From Eledone cirrhosa (taxonomy: Eukaryota), in the NCBI GenBank assembly GCA_964016885.1, contig OZ024745.1, positions 77,500,001 to 77,564,000 on the forward strand: a stretch of DNA of 64,000 nucleotides, read 5' to 3'. How positions within the stretch are numbered: the stretch's first letter is position 1; each line of letters opens with the position of its first letter. A model generated the notes under the pieces. It was given only the letters and a program-made list of their open reading frames with translations. It had not been told where the DNA came from and ran no database searches. A program made the position numbers and the translations under genes. This document shows, piece after piece, positions 51,149 to 63,902 of this stretch.

Positions 51149-53549
51149 ATGTGATTAATAATGTTCCACACACAGATAGTTGTGCCTCTGTGTCATTTCC
51201 TCTGTTCTGGGTTTATAACAATAAGTACCAGGAATATACTCGGGATTGATTTAATCAACCATGCCTCTTCTCCCCCCAAAAGCCTTATTATCTACCTAGC
51301 CTAGCTAGAAAAGAGTATTTAAAAGGAATAGTTTTGGGAATGAATAGGCTGGGGAAGGGAATGCTTGAGCTGAAAAGAGCTCTTAACTTTCATGTCATAT
51401 CTCTTTTAAAGTTTACCACAACACATGGAACCATTAATGTGATTGCTACATAGCTTTGTATGTTGTTACAGTTGAAAACTGTTCTTCAGCTTTGAAAAAT
51501 TGATTATACTAATTACTTCATTCACCACCCCATCCTTGCCCTCACCCATTGACTGATAGCTGTTGAGTATGTGCATTCATTGACTTGTTTGTGTGTGTAT
51601 ATATGTGTGTGTGTTCCTTATTTCTTTCTGTTTTTATTTTATCATTTTTTTTTTTTGTCAGTTCAAGTTAGTGTATTTGACATTTTCCTTTTTGGCTTGT
51701 TTTAGGACTTAATGACTATTTGATAGGTCTTGACCAATAATATCTATTACACATACACACATTCTCATTGACACACCCACCTGCCACCCAGCTTCTCTGG
51801 ACTAAACTAAAGAGAGGAAGAAGAAAACAAAAATAGAGAATGTGTACAGCAACAGGAATAAAAGCCAGTGCAGCTGTACGCGCCTGAATTGGTAAAACAT
51901 GCAAGCCAATACAATAAGTCAAACTTCATACTCTAGCTTATCTCTCTCCTTCTCTTTCTCTTTTCTATTTCCAGCTATTGATTGATTTCTCTCCCCCCCC
52001 CCCCCCCCCCATTCCCTCCCAGTTTTCTCTTGAATCTTTTTTAGCAGACATATTGACTGAAAACTCAGCTTTCATTTACTTTCTATTAAGCAATCTGGTG
52101 TAAATTTCCTCCTCCCAAACCTTTATCTTTTTTTTTAAATTTATATGTATGTAAATTAACTCTAAATAGGTATATATGAAAGAGAAAGGAAGAGTGGATA
52201 CAGAGAGAATAGTAATATCTTCAACTAGTTTTATTAGCTGTTGATAGTTAAGTTACTAAGTATTGTCAACTGGTGAATTCTCTTTATTGTCTATTTAAAT
52301 GAGTGTGTGTTTTGTGTATTTGTTTATGTGGTATTTTACTTCAATCTTTCTTTCATGTAACATTTTACAATGTTTCAAACCCTGCCACCTACTAACCTCA
52401 CCTATGGTGATGACAACAAATTCACAAATGATCAATTTGTTCAGCAACTTGAACTGTTTTCTCCTTCTTCAGCAATCACTTGGATCCTGCATAACCTGGC
52501 CCATTGGAAAATTGATCTATAGAGAGCACATGTATATGTGCGCGTGCACACACCCACCAGTTCTCCCTTACCTTCAAGTACTTCATGGAAACTAATATAG
52601 TTTTCCTTCACACCAACAGACTGTTAGATGAATATTATTTCAAAAAATATTTTTGAGCATTCCAAAATCTTACTACTATCCTTCCTTTTCCATTTTCTAA
52701 ACCACAAAAGACACTTGGATTTTATATCTGAATATCCTTTTCCAAGTTTCATATAATATTTATACAGACAGTTTAGCAAGGAAATTTTCTTACAAAACTA
52801 CCTGACTAAAGACTCCATATGAAACTAAATAAATGGATAGAAAGGTATTTTTTTAGGCCATCCCAATGCTGGATGTATAGTCTGATCTGTAGCTCTTATT
52901 AGAGAACTCCAAAATAGCATTTTAACTGCAACTTTACACATTTTCAGACAAAATGACACTACTGTGCCTAATAGTGTCATAATCATTTTATGTATGTTTT
53001 CCCAGATATAAACCAATAATGATATGCAAATTTTCATACCACTCCTGATAAGAATCTGTGTTAAACATTTTCTAACAAACTCTCATGAAAACTCCCAACA
53101 TTTTCCAAATTATTAAATTTTAAAGCATGAAATTTGGCTTTCCTTTTTCAAAACAAAAACAGAAATAAAAAATGTCTTAAAATATGTCTTAAAATAAACT
53201 ACTAACCTCTTTACAAATTGTATATGCACCACATAAGGAAATACCATTCACATAGGTAGAGTGGTGTGCCCATCAAACATAAATGCATTTAGATCATACA
53301 CCCATACTAACAAATACTTTGCAGAAGTTAAACCACTGATTATCTATATGCTGCTTGCATATTCAACTGTATTAACTTCTATTCCTCTGAACTTTGTAAC
53401 CAATTTGTTGTCCTCACAAAACTCAGTGTTTATCTCTATGGAACATCTTTCCTTTCTTGTACTTTACCTCTGTTTTTGTACCTTTTAATAATTTAGGGTA
53501 GTTAAACTTCATTTAACTACCCTACTTCCACAGCCCCGAATAGCTTTAA

Positions 53550-53773
53550 ACCATTAGCATTTACATTACTCTATATTTACTATTATATTTTCACGATAAA
53601 GGCTTTACTTCACATAATTATTTCACATAATTATTTCACATAATATCGAATCTATGAGATTTTGTTATTATTTAATTTAAGAACAATATCTTAGAGCAGC
53701 CAGTTATGGACAGTTTGAACAGAAAGAGGTGAGAGAATTCTAGCCAGATATGGTCAGTTTAAATGCTAAAGGG
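53550..53773 (+). mobile_element. piggyBac-like MITE
   Basis: TTAA flanks; TIR taaatgctaaaggg. Confidence 0.85.
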
Positions 53774-54804
53774 TTAAAAGGAAGAGGATGGGGATTACCT
53801 TCAGATGAGGTAATCAAATTTGAATTACCCAGTGTTGTAATTCTCTACTTCCAATCTCATTTTTGTTTTAAATTCATGTTACTATACAAATAACCATGAT
53901 AAAAGCAGTTGATTGTTTGCATTTTCATAATTTCAAGTGTCTATTAGTCATTAATTAACTTTACTGACAAAGATAATATATGCACCATATTATTCATTTT
54001 CATTTTCCTTTCTACTTGCATGATGTGTTCTTCAATTTGTTTTTAGAAACTAGAGTTATCAGCTTTAGTGAAATATCATTTGAGCATATTGTCTTTGTAG
54101 AATGTAAACTTAGTTATTGATGTTAATTTCTCTTCATTAGTCAATTCAATTCATTGACATATCACTTTCTTCTTAAAATGTAATGCCATAGGGTGGGGGT
54201 CAGTAAAATTAAATTAATACCAGTAGGCATTAAAGCAAAAGGTATACATGTACTGTTTCAGTTGCTTATGGAAGCTAGTCCACATCACCTAATGTTACTA
54301 AACTTTTTTATTATGGCACAGGCACTCTTCTCCCCCCCCCCCCCATACTAAAATATGACTTTCTGTTGAGAAAAAAAAAATAGAAAGCACAAGTTTGGTT
54401 TCCTCACTGTCCCAAGGTAAATTCTACCAGGGTCAAATTTACTTTTCAGTCCCTCCAGGTGTTAATAAATACTTTAAATGTGAGATGGCTGCCAAAGCTT
54501 GTTGGTTAGAGAAGAATTGGAATGGAAGGATGTATTTGTCCATTGATGAAATATGTGGCAAATGTCATGTGTGTATGGTGTATCCAGTTATAATCACAAT
54601 AGCTCTTAACAGCAATACTTTCATATAATGACATGTAGATGATACCTACAGATTCTTTGCAGTTGACAAAAATTGATATTTCTCACAGTATGGAATAGAA
54701 ATTTTTAACCAGGGGTAAATTTACAGTATGTGATTAAAAATGTACATGACTGTAGTTAAATATGTTGTACCTAATGATACATTATTATATATAATTTATA
54801 TAGT

Positions 54805-54920
54805 GCGCAGATGTCTAGATGCCTAGTGGTTAGGGTGTTGGATTCACAATTATAAGGTTGTTGGTTTGATTCCTGGATGGGCAGCACATTGTGTTCTTGA
54901 ACAAGATGCTTTATTGCTTT
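54805..54920 (+). mobile_element. 5' part of SINE family B
   Basis: tgcctagtggttagggtg...ggtttgattcctgg...ttgtgttcttgaacaag. Confidence 0.6.
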
Positions 54921-55019
54921 TAAAACACCCTAGAAATCTCCTATGAAATGCAACCTCATAGGAGGCCATTTAAATGTACTCGGGTGTGAGCTGTAAATTT
55001 CATTTTTATCTATATCGTG

Positions 55020-55194
55020 CAGGGTTTCCAAAGCTCTTTCAAATGCGGAACACTTTTTGGTTCAGAAACTTTTGGGGAACCCTAAGGTCTAATACCCTAA
55101 TTATCATAATATAAATATACTCCTCTACTTTTTTACCCCAGACACTTGTTTGCAGAACCCTTGGGTTCCACGGAACTCCCTTTGGGAACCACTG
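55020..55194 (-). mobile_element. hAT-like MITE, inverted
   Basis: 8-bp TSD atatcgtg/atatagtg. Confidence 0.85.
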
Positions 55195-55990
55195 ATATAG
55201 TGTATTAATATTTTTTTTAAATTACATATCGTTTCACTAAGAGGAATCTTATATTATGCAATAACAGGAGGTGTAACAAAAGTATGACAAATTGTGATGG
55301 TGGCTATATATACTATTTTTTAACCTGTATTTTTGCATGGGAGTAAGGAGGTAAATGGTGAAATGCTTCAATCTAATGGAGTAAATGACAGGAAGGGTTC
55401 AGAATTATTGGTGTAAAGGTGTATCATTTTAGATATTTCAATGCAAATGGTAAAAAACAACAAATGTAATCAATAACCATTGCTACTCTATTTCCTCCAC
55501 TTTGTCTTAAAATGGTGAAATGGCTGAGTGGATTAGTTATTGGATTCATCTCCTAGTTTGTGCATTCAATATACTGATGTGGTTTTATTGGGTTTCTGAT
55601 GAAGGGGCTTTTTCTGTGTCTTAGTTTATCAGCTATGAGAATAAGTACTAGATTATCTGGGAATGTTGTTGAAGATCTAACTAGAAGATATCTACTTCAC
55701 ACAATATAACCAGGGCTAGGTTCTAGGTTTTGGTATTAGGTAATATTTTATTAACATTTTTTTTATTTTTTTATTTTTTTATTTTTTTATTTTTTAGAAA
55801 AAAATCACATTTATCCACCAGCTGCTTCCACACAAAATAACATATTCAATTTCTGATTGTTGTACGACTATAATAATTTATATCCCATATGGCATTAGTA
55901 GAGCTTATATTAGTTCTCATGTGACTATTTTTTTTTTATTGCTTGATCTTATTCTAATTTAGTTCTTTTTCTCTTTTTCTTTCCTTACAG

Positions 55991-56071
55991 GAGATTGTAT
56001 ATCCTGATGGCAGCCCCAAAATTAAGACCTACAGGGTTCCTTCATTGGCACAACCTTCAGTCTACCATGAG
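55991..56071 (+). CDS. 81-nt exon of an unidentified plus-strand gene (EIVYPDGSPKIKTYRVPSLAQPSVYHE, or ..MAAPKLRPTGFLHWHNLQSTM)
   Basis: Very strong acceptor (ctaat branch point, long polypyrimidine tract, tacag), donor gag|gtaaaa, higher GC than flanks. Confidence 0.6.
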
Positions 56072-57624
56072 GTAAAAACCGTCATGGATCTTTTTTCTCC
56101 TTACTATCTTAATTCTTATTCTACTAATAAGTAATCAGATTTCGTTCCTTGCATCTCCCACATTTGTGAAAAAATCCCTCCAGTCTTGAAGTACCAGTTC
56201 ATTTATTTATTTATTTATTATTTTTTTTATTGCCTGTCTTAAAATAAAGCAATTTCAAATAAACTTTATCTCTTTTTCATCTATTATCATTATTATCATT
56301 ATTATCATTATTATCATTATTAGGAGTAGTAGCATTAGTTACTGTCAATATATTCGATATTAAAGTATGAATTCAGTTTTTTGTTTAGAGATAGATACCA
56401 GCAAGAAATTTAAGCTAGCCCCTTTTTCTCTTAAGCTGACATTACAGAAAATAAATGTTATAATAATTGATTTTATCCCTCTCTGATTATTATGAATTTT
56501 AAATTTTAATATATTAAGAGAGGACTAGAGATCTTCAATATTACAAAATGTATGCTACCCCAGTCTTCTTTTATCAAGAACTATTGTGTCTGCATCTCCT
56601 GCAGCTTTTTCATGAGAGTAGATACAATAAAGATAGCTTTTTATCAGGCAGCCAGACTCTGGTTTCAGGTAACTGCCAATGTTACAAGCATTTTCTCTTG
56701 ATAGAACACAATATACATATCAGTTTTATTGAGGAGAATTATTATACCTTTCAACTCTATATATGATAGAGAAGTTTAGTCAAGAAATAAATGCATTATT
56801 AAGCATAGTGTGGCATTGAATTAAATACTGTATAGCATATGGGTTATCTCCAAAAGGTTCAATTAGTTGGATAGAAAACAATTTTGTAAAGAAAGTAATT
56901 ATAATTAATTGAATTTATACCAGTATAGTATTGGCATGTAACCACCCCCAGTTAGATCAAAGACAACCAGTTCTACCATTAATTAACTCAAGATCAGTGA
57001 GTTACTAAACTAGATATTGTAAATTTAATTCAAAAGGAATGCCAACTGAATTAATGAAAAGTTGGTTTGATTATTTTTAATAACAGAAATAACCACAGTA
57101 GGTTTAAGTATTGGGATTAAGAAAAAAAAAAGTTAGGTGCTATCTAACACTATCTGGCCAATAAAGCAAGGCAGATCAATTTCAAAGTTTTTGGCTTTGC
57201 TTTTGACAGAAATATAGTTTTTGCTATTGCCTCCTGTAATAACTAACTTATTTTATAGTAATATCCATAAAAGTTATGCTGAGTAATGAGATAAATTGAT
57301 AATTTAAATATAATGACACTTAACATATTTAATACTACTGTGATTATTTTCGATCTTGAAAACAAAATTAAATCAAATCTTTTTATTATTTAAATATGTG
57401 AAGAGCACCCCTTTATAATTATCAATTAATCTCATTTCTCAACACCATTCGATTATTTTGCTTTTTATTTCATGAACATGTCTACATAGTAAACTAGTTA
57501 TTATTGTGACAGCAAGTCAATAGTAAATTCTATACTTCTGCTGACATTTTTAAAGATAGAAATGTTCAGAGCTTTCTCTGATGCTTGCTTGATGAAAGAA
57601 TGATACATAGTTTTTCCTAATCAC

Positions 57625-57845
57625 TGTAGTGGTAAGGGTGTTGCACTTACGACCATAATGTTGTGGGTTTGTTTTGTTCTTGAGCAAAACACTTCATTTC
57701 ACGTTGCTCCAATGTACTCAGGTGAAAATGAATACCAGCAGTAGCTAGGGGTTTAACCCTGCAATGGACTGGTGTCCTGTACTCTCAGTTACTTCATGCC
57801 ATGAAACCTGGATGAGCCTTCTGGCTTAAGACAGACTTTAGACTT
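57625..57845 (+). mobile_element. SINE family B
   Basis: tcttgagcaaaacacttcatttcacgttgctcca...ggcttaagacagactttagacttt. Confidence 0.75.
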
Positions 57846-59379
57846 TGATCTTAGATTAGAATCACTGTATTTAACCTTACTGTGGTTATTTCTGGTATTG
57901 ATATTGTAAAATACAAATTATTACTGTCTATACTAAAGCATATCTGCTGATTAAATGATATAATCTATTCATAATTTGAAATATTTCTACATTTTTAAAT
58001 TTATTTATTATTAAAAATATTTTTATTTCAAAATTAGATATAAGATATTGAAGGACTATAAAAAATGTCACTACACAAACTACATATTTGTTTGGTGAAA
58101 ATTACTACATCTTACTACTTAACAAATACATAAGTTGCATTCTTTGAATGATGATCAGGTTTTGATAAATCTTTAGATGATTTTATTTTAGATAGTAACA
58201 TTATTTTTACATACTAGTACTGACTTTAGGTTACTATCATATTTTATACTATTATTTACTTATTAAATTTTTTCATAAATTTTGATATGAAATATATTAT
58301 TAAAATTCATGTTTGTAAACATACAAAAGAAAGGTAAGAATGAGAAAAACTTTAGCAATAGCACTTTATTGCAATAATATAGAACCTTGGTTGTATAAAT
58401 GCTGCAAACAGAACTAAATTCATTTATGGGGTAGGAGGGAACAAATAATTTTATAAGCAATTTTTTTTTTCTCTTTTGCTTAAAATGCAAATAAGTCAAG
58501 ATATAAGTGAATCGGTTCAAAAATAGTTTTTGTATTACTGCTAAGTTTAGAATAGAATTATTACTGTTCCACTCTTTATATTTATGTCAAGTAGAATAAG
58601 TTGTCTATTGATTTTTATCAAGATTTCATTTATCTTGATTTGTATTAGATAAATGTATTGAATTTTTTTTTTATTAGCAAAAAAATTAAAAAATCAAGAT
58701 TTGTTTTCAGGAAAAAGAAAAGAAGTACATCTTGTAAAATTCCTTCCCTGTGTAAGATAGTTTTTATTTGAATTTACCTTTTTACAATAGTCCCTAGAAG
58801 TGCTGTTAAATTTTCGCAGAAAAAACAATTTAAGAAAGTGTTTGAGTGTTTAAATATAACAACAGCATGCTCATAAAGTAAATATATTTCTTTCAATGTA
58901 AGCACCATTCTAATATATATTCATATTTTTAGTGTATCTTATAAAAAAAACATTTGGTTTTGATGTTTCCTTAGGTCCAGTTAAAAAGTTGTGGTATTTG
59001 GTGTATGTAAATGTGTATAACTCCTGAGTTACTTTACTTATAGGATTAAGTAGAATATTTGTACATTAAAGGACTCAATACAAGGAATGTAGAGTGGTTA
59101 ATTGTTTCCAAGGAAAATATAATTTACATTCAAAATGAAAGTACTTCTGTAAAATGCCAAAAAATGAATAAAGTTATACAGTATATTTTACATATAGTTT
59201 GCTCAGATGAATATTCCATTCATCAGCTAGTGGCTGTAATCTCAATGATTTTGGGTACCTTTCAATGGCATTACTCCTTCCAGTGGTGCCAAGCAGCATT
59301 GATATGACAAGGGAATATCCAGGTTCTTTTAGCCTACACTATTTTCCATCATCATCCATGCAACCACCAAACAAGCTGG

Positions 59380-60000
59380 ATGCAGTTGTAACCATTTCTG
59401 GATTTAGTTACAAACTTGTGACACTATGTATTGTCTGGAAGCACCATACACTGCTACCCTCATGACTAACATTATTCCCCAAGTTTTATGCTCTTCCTTT
59501 CATGTACTTACTGCTTATTGCCTTTCCAAGGCACTGTCAACTCAACAAACAGGACTGTTTGTCAAGTAAAACCATGTCACAAGGTCAGTTCGTTGCATCA
59601 TTATTGCAGCATAGTTTAAAAAAACCAGTGCTTTCTTCAAATCCATGCATTTTCCAGTCATTAGTGCTATAAAGAAGTTTGAGTATTGGCTTTTGTTTAC
59701 CCTACTGATTGTGAAAGACAACATGGTCCAGCTTTGTGTTTGTGTATTAGCAAAGACATTCAGGACTTGGCTATGCTGCCAGCTAAGGACGATTTACATG
59801 TTGTTAGAATATGCTTCAAAAAATCATAGCCTCCATAACAATGAAGATTGGCACTGTCATTTGAACCCCAAATGTCGACTGTTTGCTGGGAATGGGAGCA
59901 CATCATACATCACTTTAGGGTGGAATTACAAACTACCTGATTCTATTTTTCATAACATGTCTCACAATAGTTTCCTTATTCAGCTGCCAACCCTACTGTT
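59380..60000 (-). mobile_element. Degenerate HERO-clade (RLE) non-LTR retrotransposon remnant
   Basis: MYDVLPFPAN, LKHILTTC, WQHSQVL, QRTDLVTW, FVELTVPWKGN, HERKSIK in the expected order across frameshifts. Confidence 0.75.
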
Positions 60001-60301
60001 AATGATCATTGGTTTCTAAACTTACTGCCATAGTGGCATGCCCCTCCTCTTTCTTTGGTTAACATTTCTCACATGCTATTATTCCAGCAAAATAACCATT
60101 TATTTTATTTATACATATAAGCGCCTGAAGATAAGTAACTTTTTTGATGTCTCTTGTTTTTTGGTTGTATGGACAAATTTAGGCCTTGAAACCTTGGGTA
60201 GCGACTTTGTTCCATGTATGAATATAAATAAATAATATATTTCTACTCTCATCCAGATTGAGCATTGTTTTCCTTTTTCCTTTTCATATCTATGGATATT
60301 G

Positions 60302-60407
<106 letters not shown>

Positions 60408-60599
60408 GTAATATTAATGAGAGTAAATTTGGATCATTTACTAGGTGTATTTTAGCTAAATGTAGTGATAGGATCAAGCAGAGTCAGTATAGAGTTACAA
60501 TGTGCTTATAACCATAAGTTTAAAATTCAAGGCATTGAACTTTTAATTTTTGATTATAAACACATTGTAATTATATATATATATATACATATATACATA

Positions 60600-61001
60600 T
60601 GGGACTAGAGATTAAGTTCCGACTGTTGAAACAAAATTTGGAATCATCAGGGCTCAGAATAAACTAAGCCAAAACTAAAGTGTTAGTAAGTAGAAAAAAG
60701 GATAGGGAAGTGACCCTGCCCAATATGTAGAAAAGAAGTAGCCATAAACTCTATATGATGTACACAATGTAAATCATGGGATAACAGGTAGACTAACAGG
60801 AAAGGAACATATATATAGGTCTAAAGTCTGTCCTAAGGTAGACCTTGGCAGAAATGGTGCAAGCTAATCTCAAATCACTAAAACTCAGTGGAGATGATGA
60901 AGGATCATGACTTGAAGAGATACTGTGCTGAAAATGATAGATACGTCAAACCAGTACAAGCTTGGAAAAGCAGACATGAAAATGATGATGATGATGATGA
61001 T
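60600..61001 (+). mobile_element. Internally deleted, degenerate RTE 3' part with (GAT)n tail
   Basis: LESSGLRIN*AKTKVLVSRK, remnants of the Cys finger, tail gaaaatgatgatgat. Confidence 0.7.
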
Positions 61002-61056
61002 ATTATATATATATACGATAGTAAACAAATGGAAACTATATTTATAAAACCATATT

Positions 61057-61123
61057 TATTTCATTATACATATTTCAGGGATACCATATTAAAAATATGG
61101 CATGCCTTCGTCAGATTAAAATA
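61057..61123 (-). ncRNA. Type-I hammerhead ribozyme, left arm of the palindrome
   Basis: CTGACGA-agg c atgccatatt ttt aatatggtat c cct-GAAA-tatgta-TA-atgaaata. Confidence 0.65.
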
Positions 61124-61255
61124 CAATATATAAACTGTTTTATAAATAATTTTGACGTACCATAAATATAAGCCACCATTAAGGTAGCTCCCTACCTTAA
61201 TGGTGGCTTATATTTATGGTACGTCAAAATTATTTATAAAACAGTTTATATATTG

Positions 61256-61322
61256 TATTTTAATCTGACGAAGGCATGCCATATTTTTAATATGGTATCC
61301 TTGAAATATGTATAATGAAATA
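61256..61322 (+). ncRNA. Type-I hammerhead ribozyme, right arm of the palindrome
   Basis: tattttaat-CTGACGA-long stem II-GAAA-tatgta-TA-atgaaata; stem I has a bulge and a wobble. Confidence 0.65.
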
Positions 61323-61681
61323 AATATGGTTTTATAAATATAGTTTCCATTTGTTTACTATCATATATCTACTCCAAAACTTGTCGAGTGCTTTATATCG
61401 GTTATAAAATATTTACTTGTTGTAACCCAACAATTTTAAATAAAACTTTTGCATATATATATATATATATATTAGAAAGTGAGGTTTTTTTACAAAATTA
61501 AAAATAACCGAGGTGTCCTACATGAGTGAAAGTATAAAGAAGAAAAGATGAAATCGAAAATGCAACTGGAGTCTTATTTTAAAAAATATATATATATTTA
61601 TTTAGTTCCTTTACCGGTTTCGCAGTTCTTCTGCTTTTCAAAAGTAGAGTTGAGATGGAGGGTCTGTGGTTTTTCTCACAT

Positions 61682-61725
<44 letters not shown>

Positions 61726-62029
61726 TATTCCAGATAGTTGTGGTGAGGCTGATAACATTGTTAGAACTCAATGTATCCCCGGAAAGGTGGTGCAGCGAGA
61801 TTAGGCAATGTGACCATTAGTTTTTGTAGTAGGTGACCACAGCTTAAGGTTTCCTCAAAGAAGATCTGCTCATGTTACAGAGGTATTTATATATATGTGT
61901 GTTTGTGTATAGAACAATGAAGAAAAGACAGAGGTCATAGGTAGGTATTTAATTAGTTCAATGTCTTGTGATCGTTTCAGAGAGTCGATTGATCGTGGAA
62001 CATTGATGAGTAGACTTGCATGGTAGTTG

Positions 62030-62285
62030 TTAGATGGGAATTATCCTACTTGAGGCAAGATTGGTTGGGTGACCATGTCTCGCTTGTATAGGACTGTATC
62101 TGGCTGGTTTTCTATAGCTGGATGCCCTTCATATCACCAACCAAATTTACAGAGTGGACTGGGAGCCTTTTTACCATGTCTCCTACACAACCACTTTACA
62201 GCGTGGAATGGGTGCTTTTTGCCGTGACAATTACACGACCACTTTGGTGTGGACTGGATGTTATGTGTTACCAACATAACTTTAC
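62030..62285 (-). mobile_element. RTE 3'UTR-only copy
   Basis: Similar to 21180-21400 and the reverse complement of 5550-5780. Confidence 0.8.
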
Positions 62286-62371
62286 GGAGAAAGGGTGGTG
62301 TGGTTGCAATATATGTATGTATGTATATACATATATATATGTATATATATAGTATTAATTATACTATTTAT

Positions 62372-62556
62372 GGGCGGTGGATTGGCAGTATCGGTAGAGT
62401 CGGACACCATGCTTTGAAGCATAGAGTTACGTCCCTTTATGATCTGAGTTCAAATGCCGCCGAGGTTAACTTTGCCTTTCATCCTTATGGGGTCGATGAA
62501 ATAAAGTACCAGTAATGTACTGGGTAATTGCTGGCCTTGTGCCTAAAATAGAAACA
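62372..62556 (+). mobile_element. SINE family A, full length
   Basis: A and B boxes; 18-bp TSD attaattatactatttat. Confidence 0.9.
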
Positions 62557-63401
62557 ATTAATTATACTATTTATAGTTATGTAAATACAAAAACCTTTTG
62601 CAGTTATATATATTTTTTTATACACAAACCCTAAATAGCGGTAGGCAGTAACATATTACTACCTTATTACCAGTAAGTTAAGTAGCTCAATGTAAAAAAA
62701 AAATCAGATGATTTACAGAGCAGTTATATGAAATATAAGAATCAAAGAACTGTTCAAAACATTTTTGTGCTTACAACTGTTTCCTCCAAACCGAGGTTTG
62801 GATTCTTCGGAGCAATTTATTAATGAATGAACAGTTATATGACCTCCTTTTCACCCAAGAGACATACAGATACATATGCAAATATTGTGGGTCAACATTC
62901 ATTACAGCATTTAGAGTGGCAGTACACACTTAGAGATTACATTCATATTAAAAGGTACCATCAAAAATACAGGTTAAAATACATGAAAATAAGCGGTTAT
63001 ATAGTGCAAATGTTATATGTGTGGCAAGCACGTGCGTCTTGTTTATATAATGTGGCAGAGAGTTACGTGTAGTAGAAGCACTTGGGTAGGTAAACAAGAG
63101 TGTTAGGTTGGTTGATCTGGTGACAAATTCTTTATATGATTGTTATAGTCTGTGTGTGGAGAAATGATATAAGCATTAAAAATAGTGCAAGCACTAAAAA
63201 TAATAAAAGTATTGGAAATGCACAGCGAAGGGATGTTATGGACTTCATGTACTTCGACATGCACACATATATATATGCACATATCGGTTTACCGAACATT
63301 TATTATAATGCTCGGTTTGTTTGTTTGTAAACAAACAAACAGCCCGAATTACGCCGTACAGTGTTTAGGCAACCACGTCACCTTTTTGTTCAACACTGAC
63401 A

Positions 63402-63460
63402 CAGGAACGATATACTAGTTTCAAGCTTATTAGCTATCGTCAGCATCGTATACCTTCCTG
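63402..63460 (-). ncRNA. Type-I hammerhead ribozyme
   Basis: acgatg-CTGACGA-tagctaataagctt-GAAA-ctag-TA-tatcgt; one G-U pair in stem I. Confidence 0.75.
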
Positions 63461-63843
63461 CCAGATGGTTGAACGTCTGAAAGTATATACTTTCCTTATG
63501 CATATTAACGGCTGAGCAGCCTAATTTACATATCGAGTGAGTTCAGTCGGCCGGGCACACTGAAAACGATGAATGGAATAGAATGAAACGAAATTTCATT
63601 TCTCACTCTTGGTACGGCACTTACTTAATTGTAAGTATGTATGTATGTATACGTACATACATATATGTATACAGACGTACAGTAGTATATATATATATAT
63701 ATACATACATGCACACATATATATGCACGTATAGGTTTACCGAACATTTATTATAATGCTCAGTTTGTTTGTTTGTAAACAAACAGCCCGAATTACGCCG
63801 TACAGTGTTTAGGCAACCACGTCACCTTTTTGTTCAACACTGG

Positions 63844-63902
63844 CAGGAAGGTATACGATGCTGACGATAGCTAATAAGCTTGAAACTAGTACATCGTTCC
63901 TG
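63844..63902 (+). ncRNA. Type-I hammerhead ribozyme with intact core
   Basis: cagga aggtat acgatg-CTGACGA(63861)-t agct aata agct t-GAAA(63882)-ctag-TA-catcgt tcctg; predicted cleavage after GUA at 63891. Confidence 0.8.

Larger units (their letters stand above)
61017..61362. repeat. Near-perfect palindrome, 171-bp arms with a 4-nt spacer (inverted pLTR-like)
   Basis: 61017-61187 vs 61192-61362; one mismatch seen by eye. Confidence 0.95.

Noticed and set aside
61965-62000. gaaacgatc motif on the minus strand as a hammerhead
   Set aside because: No CUGANGA or stem I found.
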